Shown here: positions 38,134 to 46,315 of the stretch, piece after piece | Layout: every line of letters starts with the position of its first letter | How positions within the stretch are numbered: the stretch's first letter is position 1 | IMG/VR virus record: IMGVR_UViG_3300023174_000045 | Coordinates: 1 to 64,000 of that record | Reading direction: 5' to 3' (one strand) | Length of the DNA stretch: 64,000 nucleotides | Translations under genes and position numbers: made by a program | Notes under the pieces: model-generated | Databases searched by the model: none | What the model was told of the DNA's origin: nothing | Seen by the model: the letters and a program-made list of their open reading frames with translations, nothing else

Positions 38134-39132
38134 TTACACAACAGGTACCAGATTGTCTCTAAAAATTTCCCATGCTGTTTGCCATGACCAGCGTTGACTG
38201 CCGTCCCACACACGATGTCTGGGCAAGAACAAGCAATCGGTGACAGCTTGTTTCAAGTAAGGATTCATGCATCCTGTGATGCCTTCGTCTATGACATCCA
38301 GTGGTCCTGTAGCAGGATAAGCAGCCACTGGAGTTCCGCAGGCCATGGCTTCAATCATCACAATGCCAAATGTTTCCCACTGACTGGGAAACACAAATAC
38401 ATCTGCTAGGTTGTAGTAGTAGGCTAGATCAGCACCAGTTTTGAATCCCACATACTCTACGTCTGGATAACGTGATTGCAATTCTGCACGATACGGTCCA
38501 TCGCCTACCAAAATCTTGCGTGAGTTGGGATAGCTCATGCCGCAGAAATCATCCAAGTTCTTTTCTTTGCTGACTCTGCTGACACACACCAAGACAGTCT
38601 TATCATTGGGCAAGCGTTCTCTGGGATAAAATATTTCACGGTCTACACCGCGAGTCCATGGCACAATGTCGCCGTCAAATCCATGCTCACGTAACTCTTG
38701 CACCATAGTTTCGGTTGTAGTCAACACCTTACCGCTATGCTTATGAAACCAACGCACTAGAGGCCAAGTAATGGCTTCAGGTATGCCAAACAGTTTTCTA
38801 AGTCCTTCTGGAAATTTAGTATGATAAGCAGTGTTGTAGCGATAATGATGTTTGTCAAGATATTGTCTAACACGCAGACCAACAGGACCTTCTGTGGCGA
38901 TGTGGATATGATCCGGACGGATCTCCTCAAGTATCGCGCCCACATTCCGGGGAATGGCAATCTTGACTTGGTGGTAGCCAGGGCAATCAAAGTAGCGGAA
39001 CCGCCCGGGATCAAGATATACAACACGATAGTTGTCCAGAATCGCATGCGCCTCAATATTTTTATAGGTTGTAACCACGCCATTGATTTGATCCGGTAAG
39101 TTGTCTGTAACGATCAAGATTGTTTTTGACAT
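38134..39132 (-). CDS. agt: GT4 glycosyltransferase, Agt-like diacylglycerol glycosyl/glucuronosyltransferase
   Basis: ILIVTD...QINGVVTT, PDHIHIATEGPVG, TAYHTKFPE, RVSKEKN, ETFGIVMIEAMACG; downstream of plcP-like gene. Confidence 0.78.
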   Translation of the reverse strand: MSKTILIVTDNLPDQINGVVTTYKNIEAHAILDNYRVVYLDPGRFRYFDCPGYHQVKIAIPRNVGAILEEIRPDHIHIATEGPVGLRVRQYLDKHHYRYNTAYHTKFPEGLRKLFGIPEAITWPLVRWFHKHSGKVLTTTETMVQELREHGFDGDIVPWTRGVDREIFYPRERLPNDKTVLVCVSRVSKEKNLDDFCGMSYPNSRKILVGDGPYRAELQSRYPDVEYVGFKTGADLAYYYNLADVFVFPSQWETFGIVMIEAMACGTPVAAYPATGPLDVIDEGITGCMNPYLKQAVTDCLFLPRHRVWDGSQRWSWQTAWEIFRDNLVPVV

Positions 39133-39287
39133 TGCCCTGTTACCTTGAATGTTTTAAACTTTAAATCATATTTCATAGTCGCCAGCACCTGCTCGCAACT
39201 GATTTGATTTGGGAAAACTAATTCTATTCTTCCGGGTTGATCTTGCGGGTTCGTTGTGTGTACTGCTATCAATATCATCAACCACAT
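39114..39287 (-). CDS. 57-aa hypothetical protein nested in the plcP 3' extension (not in ORF track)
   Basis: MWLMILIAVHTTNPQDQPGRIELVFPNQISCEQVLATMKYDLKFKTFKVTGQCQKQS; overlaps the agt start. Confidence 0.55.
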   Translation of the reverse strand: MWLMILIAVHTTNPQDQPGRIELVFPNQISCEQVLATMKYDLKFKTFKVTGQCQKQS

Positions 39288-40038
39288 TGTCGCTCTCCTG
39301 TGTCCAAGTTACAATTTCCCATGTGCCATCATGCCGCTCTACCAAGGCTGTGCATGACTCTACCCAGTCACCGTCATTCATGTACACAATGCCATCTATA
39401 TCTTTGATTTCTGCGTGATGTATGTGTCCACAGATCACACCGTCAAATCCACGTTTCTTGCAGTATTGAGCAAGATTGTGTTCAAAGTGAAATATAAAGT
39501 CTACTGCTTTTTTGACCCGATGTTTAAGGAACAGGCTAAGGCTAAAGTACCCAAAACCGAAACGATGACGAATCCAATTGATCCGAGTATTGAGGCCAAG
39601 AATGAAATCATATGCTTTGTCTCCTAACATTGCCAACCACGGCGCCAGTCTAGTAATACCGTCAAATAAATCTCCATGCACTACTAGATAGTGTCGGCCG
39701 TCTGCACCTATATGCTCTGTTTGATTTACCAATTCAATTATGCCAAACCCAATGCCATAGTGCATGAAAGGTCTTAAAAACTCGTCATGATTACCAGCCA
39801 CATATACAACCCTAGTACCACGCTTGCTATGGCCCAGAACGCGGCGGATGACATTGGTGTGACTTTGTTTCCATCGCCACTTGTTTTGTTTGATTTTCCA
39901 GGCATCTATTATGTCTCCTACAAGATATAGTGTTTCGCAGGTGTTGTGTTTGAGAAAGTTGTTGAGTTTGTCAGCCTGGCAGTCTTTGGTGCCAAGATGA
40001 ACATCGCTGATAAAAATACTGCGATAAGTTTTTTGCAT
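39166..40038 (-). CDS. plcP: PlcP-type Mn-dependent phospholipase C (LpxH-like metallophosphoesterase)
   Basis: SDVHLG, GDIID, GNHD (not LpxH GNRD), HGD, GHIHH, NDGDWVES; membrane-binding insert LAMLGDKAY...FSLS. Confidence 0.82.
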   Translation of the reverse strand: MQKTYRSIFISDVHLGTKDCQADKLNNFLKHNTCETLYLVGDIIDAWKIKQNKWRWKQSHTNVIRRVLGHSKRGTRVVYVAGNHDEFLRPFMHYGIGFGIIELVNQTEHIGADGRHYLVVHGDLFDGITRLAPWLAMLGDKAYDFILGLNTRINWIRHRFGFGYFSLSLFLKHRVKKAVDFIFHFEHNLAQYCKKRGFDGVICGHIHHAEIKDIDGIVYMNDGDWVESCTALVERHDGTWEIVTWTQESDNVVDDIDSSTHNEPARSTRKNRISFPKSNQLRAGAGDYEI

Positions 40039-40060
40039 GTATTATTTAAATCTATATGTG

Positions 40061-40078
40061 TTACAGTAACATTACAAA
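40061..40078 (-). promoter_or_regulatory. Pho box upstream of plcP-agt
   Basis: TTGTAAT-GTTA-CTGTAAC vs consensus CTGTCAT-N4-CTGTCAY; followed by N9-TTTAAATAAT. Confidence 0.75.
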
Positions 40079-40122
40079 CTGCCATCACATAAATGTGTAA
40101 TATGTTGGCACATAAATACCCA

Positions 40123-40764
40123 GTGAAACCCACCATAGCCCTGTTCATATACGATCCCAAATGCTCAGTCCAATGCGGAAATGGCATGATACAGGCATTG
40201 AGTCCCTACTACAACTTCAAACTGTTCTCAAAGAATCGTGTGGAGAATGTGTTCTTTGATGATGTGGACATGGTTGCTGTGCCCGGGGGCATAGGTGACG
40301 CAGATGTCTTTAAACAACTGTTCAAAAATAATGGCGACCGTGTGCGTAAATTTATTGCTGACGGGGGCAGGTACCTGGGCATTTGCATGGGTGCGTACTG
40401 GGCAGGAAGCCACTATCTCAATGTATTACAAGATGTAGATGCTGTGCAATACTTGAAACGTCCAGGTGCAGACACACGCAGACCGCATGCCAAAAACATG
40501 TCTATTACCTGGCGCGGCCGACCTGATCACATGTTCTGGTATGATGGATGTGCTCTAGTAGGAGACAACACCAAGTTTGAAACTGTGTCAACTTATGTCA
40601 ACGGTGATGCCATGGCCATCATACAAAACAGAATTGGTTTGATAGGATGTCATCCTGAAGCAGATAAATTTTGGTATGATGGCTATTCCTGGATGCGCCG
40701 ACATTGGACCGGTAATCGTCATGCAGAACTGGTAGAGTTTACCGACCAAATCATGCGGTCATAA
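40123..40764 (+). CDS. class I glutamine amidotransferase-like / BPL_N-like protein
   Basis: VPGG.GD, YLGICMGAY nucleophile elbow, GCHPE; GTG 4 nt after TAAATA. Confidence 0.7.
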   Translation: MKPTIALFIYDPKCSVQCGNGMIQALSPYYNFKLFSKNRVENVFFDDVDMVAVPGGIGDADVFKQLFKNNGDRVRKFIADGGRYLGICMGAYWAGSHYLNVLQDVDAVQYLKRPGADTRRPHAKNMSITWRGRPDHMFWYDGCALVGDNTKFETVSTYVNGDAMAIIQNRIGLIGCHPEADKFWYDGYSWMRRHWTGNRHAELVEFTDQIMRS

Positions 40765-40787
40765 AAAAAAGGCCCTTCTGGGCCTTT
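40763..40787. terminator. intrinsic terminator between convergent genes
   Basis: AAAGGCCC-TTCT-GGGCCTTT with flanking A-run. Confidence 0.75.
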
Positions 40788-40839
40788 AGTACTGGTTACG
40801 AGTTCCAGTGCCGCTCTATCGTTGCGGTCGATTTTTCTA

Positions 40840-41976
40840 TTAGAAGCGATGTTGGATACCAACTGCCACAGCATTCTGCTTGTATTTGCTGTCGCTGAAA
40901 GTTGATGTGTCCTGGCTGGGAACCCAACGATCATACACAGTAAACGGAGCAGTAGCACCTGATGCACGAGTTGCAACCACATAGTCGGCAAACACTTGTG
41001 TGCGCTTGCTGAAATCATAAGTCACGCCAACAGCAGTCATTTTGACATTGTTAATGCCAGCAGTGACTTTGTCTTTGACCATGTAGTAACCGCCATTTAC
41101 GCCAAGATTGGCATTGACTTTGTACTTGGCGCCAACAAATGTTGTTTCAGCATCAGTCTTGCCATCGGCCTTGGTTGAGCTGGCATAGTAGTTGGTTTGT
41201 GCTGTGGGATTGTCAGTCTTAGCATAGCCTGCATTTACAGTTAATGCAGGCGTAACATCATATTTCACAGCATACAAATCAATCTTTTCACTGATAACTG
41301 AACTGCTCAAACGCACTTCTTCGTGTGTGTATGCCAAGTCCAACGGGCCTGCGGTGTAACGAACACCTACGTTGGTACCAGATTTATAAGCAGTGTCATC
41401 GGGCTGGTTGCCAAATGCTTTGGCGTAGTCAAACTTGAAACCGCTGTAGTCTTTGCTGGACCAGCGAACCATGTTGTCAAAGCGGCTCACACCTGAACCT
41501 GAGTAGAAACCAGCATAACGAGCAATGGGTTTCATACCACCAAAGTTCCAGTTGCCACGGCTATCAAATTCATCTAGCACGTTGTACAAAAAGTTTTTGC
41601 CACGACCCAATTTGACTTCACCAAAGCTGCCGCTGAGGCCCACATTGGCTTCGCGGTCAAACAACACAGTACCATTGGTGCCTGTGCCTGCTGAGTCTTT
41701 GCCAGCAGCGCCAGTGCGCAAACTCATGTTGCCTTCCAATTGGAAATTGGCTTTCAAACCATCACCAAGGTCTTCTGAACCTTTGATACCAAAGCGATTG
41801 CTGTTGTGAGCTTGGTCTGCAACACCAGTGAAATCACTGTTACTGCTGGTAAAGCCACTGCCACTGACAATGCCAGCGCCAACCACACCATACACTTGTG
41901 TGTTGTTTTGTGCTTGAGCAGTGCCAGCAACGCCGACAGCAACCAATGCCGCAATTAAAATATTCTTAAATTTCAT
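40840..41976 (-). CDS. outer-membrane porin (Betaproteobacterial general porin family)
   Basis: Signal peptide; SNRFGIKGSEDLGDGLKANFQLE, LFDREANVGLSG.FG...GR; C-terminal Phe. Confidence 0.9.
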   Translation of the reverse strand: MKFKNILIAALVAVGVAGTAQAQNNTQVYGVVGAGIVSGSGFTSSNSDFTGVADQAHNSNRFGIKGSEDLGDGLKANFQLEGNMSLRTGAAGKDSAGTGTNGTVLFDREANVGLSGSFGEVKLGRGKNFLYNVLDEFDSRGNWNFGGMKPIARYAGFYSGSGVSRFDNMVRWSSKDYSGFKFDYAKAFGNQPDDTAYKSGTNVGVRYTAGPLDLAYTHEEVRLSSSVISEKIDLYAVKYDVTPALTVNAGYAKTDNPTAQTNYYASSTKADGKTDAETTFVGAKYKVNANLGVNGGYYMVKDKVTAGINNVKMTAVGVTYDFSKRTQVFADYVVATRASGATAPFTVYDRWVPSQDTSTFSDSKYKQNAVAVGIQHRF

Positions 41977-42006
41977 AGTTTCTCCTTTGTAAATTACTAT
42001 GGGTTT

Positions 42007-42035
42007 ATTATATAGTATTTCTACTAACAATACAA
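42007..42035 (-). promoter_or_regulatory. sigma70 promoter for porin
   Basis: TTGTAT-N17-TATAAT. Confidence 0.7.
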
Positions 42036-43052
42036 CTATTTCTTGACCTGTGTCCAAACTTCGCTACGAATGCGATCCGTAACAGCTTTTGGCAATGGCA
42101 CATAGTCAAGATCTGCAGCCATTTTACCACCGTTTACAAAACTCCAGTCAAAGAATTTGATGACTTCTTGACCAGTCTTTGCATTTTTGGGTTCACGATA
42201 CATCAGCACAAACACAGCACCTGTGATGGGCCATGATTGCGCACCCTTTTGATTTACCAAACTGATGCCCATGCCCGGAACACTGAACCAATCAGCACCG
42301 GCAGCCGCTGCCGCAAATGTCAGATCATCGGGCTCGACCCATTTGCCGTCGCGATTTTGCAAACGTGCATAGCTGATTTTGTTTTTCTTGGCATAAGCAT
42401 ATTCTACGTAGCCAATGGAATTTTTGATACGTGTTACATTGGCAGCAACACCTTCATTGCCTTTGCCGCCCACACTGCTGGTGGCAGGCCATTTCACAGC
42501 GGCGCCTTTGCCAACTTCGTCTTTCCACAGTGGGCTGACTTCAGTCAAGTAGTCTGTGAAAATAAATGTTGTACCTGACCCATCCGCACGATGCACCACT
42601 GTGATGGGTTCGGCAGGCAATTTAACCTTGGGGTTCAAGTCTTGGATACGCTTGTCGTTCCACGTCACAATGTGTCCCACAAAGATCTTGGCCAGTACTT
42701 CACCGGTCAACTGCAACTCGCCAGGTTTGATGCCTTCTACATTGATGATTGGCACCACGCCGCCCAGCACAGCAGGAAACTGGATCAAGCCAGCGGCTGT
42801 TAATTCATCACCTTTCATGGGTGCATCACTGGCACCAAAATCCACTGTACCTGCTTTGATTTGCTTGATGCCGCCGGAACTACCAATGCTTTGATAGTTT
42901 AGTTGCACATCAGATTTTTCTCTGTAAGCTTCTGACCATTTAGAGAACATGGGAAAGGCAAATGTTGAACCTGCCCCTGTGATTGTTTCTGCATTTGCTT
43001 GTGGACTCATCAAGTACAATGATGCCGCAATTATTACCAAGATTTTTTTCAT
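42036..43052 (-). CDS. pstS: phosphate ABC transporter substrate-binding protein PstS
   Basis: GAGSTF, YQSIGSSGG, DFGASD, RADGSGTT, IGYVE, WPI. Confidence 0.95.
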   Translation of the reverse strand: MKKILVIIAASLYLMSPQANAETITGAGSTFAFPMFSKWSEAYREKSDVQLNYQSIGSSGGIKQIKAGTVDFGASDAPMKGDELTAAGLIQFPAVLGGVVPIINVEGIKPGELQLTGEVLAKIFVGHIVTWNDKRIQDLNPKVKLPAEPITVVHRADGSGTTFIFTDYLTEVSPLWKDEVGKGAAVKWPATSSVGGKGNEGVAANVTRIKNSIGYVEYAYAKKNKISYARLQNRDGKWVEPDDLTFAAAAAGADWFSVPGMGISLVNQKGAQSWPITGAVFVLMYREPKNAKTGQEVIKFFDWSFVNGGKMAADLDYVPLPKAVTDRIRSEVWTQVKK

Positions 43053-43104
43053 GTGTTTGTTCCTTTGTGAATGTGCGATGCACAAATTATTTAAACACAA
43101 AGAT

Positions 43105-43122
43105 GTTACAGTAGTATTACAG
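43105..43122 (-). promoter_or_regulatory. Pho box upstream of pstS
   Basis: CTGTAAT-ACTA-CTGTAAC; followed by N9-TTTAAATAAT, same geometry as at plcP. Confidence 0.82.
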
Positions 43123-43269
43123 TGATTTGACTTTTTTCTTCTTTTTGTCTGGGCCAGAGGCTTTGGCTTCTTCCAGCATGCGTTCTGTAGCTGGGGTATT
43201 TTGGGGAGGATGATATACGTGGGGTTTTTGGGGTTCGTTTCGTCGCGGTGCTCGTTTAAACCAACTCAT
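43117..43269 (-). CDS. 50-aa basic hypothetical protein (not in ORF track)
   Basis: MSWFKRAPRRNEPQKPHVYHPPQNTPATERMLEEAKASGPDKKKKKVKSL; SD AAGGAAG; stop lies inside the Pho box. Confidence 0.6.
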   Translation of the reverse strand: MSWFKRAPRRNEPQKPHVYHPPQNTPATERMLEEAKASGPDKKKKKVKSL

Positions 43270-43329
43270 ATGTGCTTCCTTTGCAGGTTAAAATACTTAT
43301 GGAATGAAAGAAATTTATATAACAATAGA

Positions 43330-44565
43330 TTATTTTTTGAGCAGTATCTCATGAATTTTTCTTAGATGTTTCCCAGTTCGATTTTGATCCATAATAGTCA
43401 TGGCATGATCTAAATTTGTTTTGTATTCTTGTATTACTTGATCAAAAAACTTGTTAAAAAAATGTTGTCGATTGTGTTGGCAAATTCTGTCAAGATCAAT
43501 CATGAGTTGTTGTTTTGTTGATGTGTCAAGTTGGCTGATTCTTTGCATTTCTTTAACTATGGCCTGTAATCTCAAGTGCGGCTCAGTTATTGAATCATAT
43601 GACTCATTGATATAGTCTGAGAATGTTTCAAAACCATAGTTTCTAAGATATTGCAAACTGCCTGGAGTGGCTGCCAATATAAAAGGTTTGCCACAGGCAA
43701 TGGGCCTTAAAGTTTTTTCTGTGAGATGCCACCGTTGATCATCAAACACAGTTTCTAATACTATTTCAATGGCTGACTCGCTGTAGTCCGTTGAGTTGTA
43801 ATCCGCACTGTATGAACTGTCAGTGGTGTTGCTTGGCAAATAGGTGTGTAAGTCAACACTGGTTATGCGTAAATTGTTGTTGACAAAGGCATGATTACGA
43901 TAGTCTACTTGATTGTCAGTGATACTAAAGCTGGTATTTGCACAGGTTTGCAGTCCATGATTGCACAACAGTTCAGTAAAAAACAAACGATATTCTCTAG
44001 TGCCACTCCATGCTCGATTATAAATTAAAAAATCTTTTTTTATTTTATGCCAGCTGAAACCAAGACTTGGATCATGCTCAGCATATCTAAACCAATCTTG
44101 AGAGATCACAGCATGGCTCCAGTAGTAAACAGGTACAAATCCATGTTTGGCAAATACCTCAACATTGGCGCTGTTTTGTTCTGAGTGCAACAACAATGTG
44201 AGATCGTATTGATTGATACAAGCTGTGAGTGATCGCAAATATTGATCGGCAGTGTATTCAAGCACTGCATCATCAGTTAACCAATCAGGATTGTAGCCTT
44301 CTATTCTGGTGGCACTATTTTGATTCAAATAGTTGTTTTTGGTTTGAGTTTTGATTTGTTCTCTGGTGTAGTAGTTCCAAATCAAGGGTTCTTGATCATG
44401 GCAGATCATTGGTGCATCAGTCACCGTTTGCCGCCCAAAATAAATGGTCAGTTGATTTAAATCTTCAAGTTTTCTTGAGCCGTGTGGCGCCCAGCGATAA
44501 ATTATTAGATCGTGGTTGACAATGTCCGCCAAGTAATGATATAATCTGTCTAAGGGAACGCTCAT
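43330..44565 (-). CDS. putative glycosyltransferase-like protein
   Basis: HDQEP, YNR..SG.REYR, IVLET...HLTEKTLRPI...PFI...L..YGFETF...ESYD. Confidence 0.55.
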   Translation of the reverse strand: MSVPLDRLYHYLADIVNHDLIIYRWAPHGSRKLEDLNQLTIYFGRQTVTDAPMICHDQEPLIWNYYTREQIKTQTKNNYLNQNSATRIEGYNPDWLTDDAVLEYTADQYLRSLTACINQYDLTLLLHSEQNSANVEVFAKHGFVPVYYWSHAVISQDWFRYAEHDPSLGFSWHKIKKDFLIYNRAWSGTREYRLFFTELLCNHGLQTCANTSFSITDNQVDYRNHAFVNNNLRITSVDLHTYLPSNTTDSSYSADYNSTDYSESAIEIVLETVFDDQRWHLTEKTLRPIACGKPFILAATPGSLQYLRNYGFETFSDYINESYDSITEPHLRLQAIVKEMQRISQLDTSTKQQLMIDLDRICQHNRQHFFNKFFDQVIQEYKTNLDHAMTIMDQNRTGKHLRKIHEILLKK

Positions 44566-45819
44566 ATGAAGAAAAAAATTGGGTTTATTGGAATTGGTAA
44601 ATTGGGCCTTGATTGTGCTGAAGTCATGGCCGAAAAACACGAAGTGCGCGGTTACGATATTTACCCACGAGTCAGTAGCTCAGTAAAAGTTTGCGACATT
44701 GATGAACTTGTAAACAAAAGTGAATGGATCTTTATTGCTGTGCCCACACCACATGCCAAAGGTTACGATGGCAGTGCGCCCAGCAGTCATTTAGAACCCA
44801 GAGACTTCGAATATGATGCTGTGATCGATGCCATCAACAACGTGAACAAATACGCCAAAACTTCTAAAAAAGTTGTGTTGATCAGTACTGTGCTGCCAGG
44901 CACCACACGCAAAAAGTTTGTTCCACTGCTAGATAAAAAACATCAGTTCTTGTACAACCCTTATTTGATTGCCATGGGGTCAGTGAAGTGGGACATGGTC
45001 AATCCTGAAATGGTCATGATTGGTACCGAAGACGGCAATCCCAATGCATTGGCTGGCGAGTTGATTGACTTGTACAAAACCATGATGCAAAACGATCCAC
45101 GTTATGAAATTGGCACCTGGGATGAGTGTGAAGCCATCAAGATCTTCTACAACACATTCATTTCAGCCAAGATTGGTCTTGTTAACATGGTTCAAGACTT
45201 TGCACTCAAAATTGGCAACATCAATGTTGATGTGGTCACTGACGCTCTCAGCAAGAGTACCATGCGCATCATGGGACCAAAATACATGACAGCAGGCATG
45301 GGCGATGCAGGTGCTTGTCATCCCCGAGACAACATTGCCCTGCGCTGGTTGGCCAAGGAATACAAAATTGGTTACGACTTGTTTGACACTGTGATGACTG
45401 CTAGAGAAGCACAAGCCAAGAACATGGCACTGTTTTTGATATATCATGCAAACAATCATGCAGTGGGAAAAGTTTTGCCCATTGTGATTCACGGCAAAGC
45501 GTACAAACCTGACGTTGAATACTGCATTGGATCCTACAGCACATTGGTAGGCCATACCATCAAAGAAATGGGTTATCATCTCATGTATGTGGATCCATTG
45601 GCTGATGACAGAACTGATGTGGTTGACTTAGTAGGCGTGCCAGCAGTTTATTTGTGGGCGCACAATCGCAAGATCACTTATGACTACACCGGTGATCAAG
45701 AAGAAACCACAGCCTATTGTCACATACTGCCGGGCAGTGTGATTGTTGATCCATGGCGCACACTTGAGCCAATCGAAGGCATTGATGTAATTCATTATGG
45801 TGACACACGCGGTTGTTAA
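44566..45819 (+). CDS. ugd: UDP-glucose/GDP-mannose 6-dehydrogenase
   Basis: GIGKLG Rossmann, AVPTP, ISTVLPGT, YNP, EAIKIFYNTF, G.GDAGACHPRD. Confidence 0.88.
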   Translation: MKKKIGFIGIGKLGLDCAEVMAEKHEVRGYDIYPRVSSSVKVCDIDELVNKSEWIFIAVPTPHAKGYDGSAPSSHLEPRDFEYDAVIDAINNVNKYAKTSKKVVLISTVLPGTTRKKFVPLLDKKHQFLYNPYLIAMGSVKWDMVNPEMVMIGTEDGNPNALAGELIDLYKTMMQNDPRYEIGTWDECEAIKIFYNTFISAKIGLVNMVQDFALKIGNINVDVVTDALSKSTMRIMGPKYMTAGMGDAGACHPRDNIALRWLAKEYKIGYDLFDTVMTAREAQAKNMALFLIYHANNHAVGKVLPIVIHGKAYKPDVEYCIGSYSTLVGHTIKEMGYHLMYVDPLADDRTDVVDLVGVPAVYLWAHNRKITYDYTGDQEETTAYCHILPGSVIVDPWRTLEPIEGIDVIHYGDTRGC

Positions 45820-46315
45820 GTCACATATCCCCAAGTTCTGGGATGATGAATTCAAGGACCTGGTATATGTCAACGAATCATTCAATGACAATGTCAACGT
45901 TGAACGTTGGTTGGCGCAAGGCTATGCCAACAAGTTCACTGGATCCATGTGTGACATGCGGTATCCACAGCCTAGTTGGAATCATTTGTTTGTGAAAATA
46001 TTTGAACAGCAAGGCTGGCAAGACGTGGGTACTAGCTATTATAGAATGAGCACTGGAACAATCCTCCCCACACATCAGGACTTGTATCTGCGTTATATTG
46101 ATGTGTTCAAGTTACACGGACAAGAACAACGCATACGCAGAGCTGTGGTATTCTTGGAAGATTGGCAACCGGGGCATTATGCAGAATACATGAATCGGCC
46201 CTACACAGCTTGGCAAGCAGGCAATGTAGTGGAGTGGCCTTATGACACCCCGCATATGGCAGCCAACCTGGGACCAACTCCAAGATACACACTACAAATA
46301 ACAGGATGGGTATGA
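45797..46315 (+). CDS. 2OG-Fe(II)/cupin-type oxygenase-like protein
   Basis: LPTHQD (HxD) and distal H (PHMAAN), R..LQITG. Confidence 0.65.
   Translation: MVTHAVVKSHIPKFWDDEFKDLVYVNESFNDNVNVERWLAQGYANKFTGSMCDMRYPQPSWNHLFVKIFEQQGWQDVGTSYYRMSTGTILPTHQDLYLRYIDVFKLHGQEQRIRRAVVFLEDWQPGHYAEYMNRPYTAWQAGNVVEWPYDTPHMAANLGPTPRYTLQITGWV

Noticed and set aside
39166-40038. Annotation as LpxH (lipid A UDP-2,3-diacylglucosamine hydrolase)
   Set aside because: Has GNHD rather than the LpxH GNRD, has the NDGDWVES tail, and is paired with an Agt-like GT4 and a Pho box, all favouring PlcP; formal phylogeny still needed
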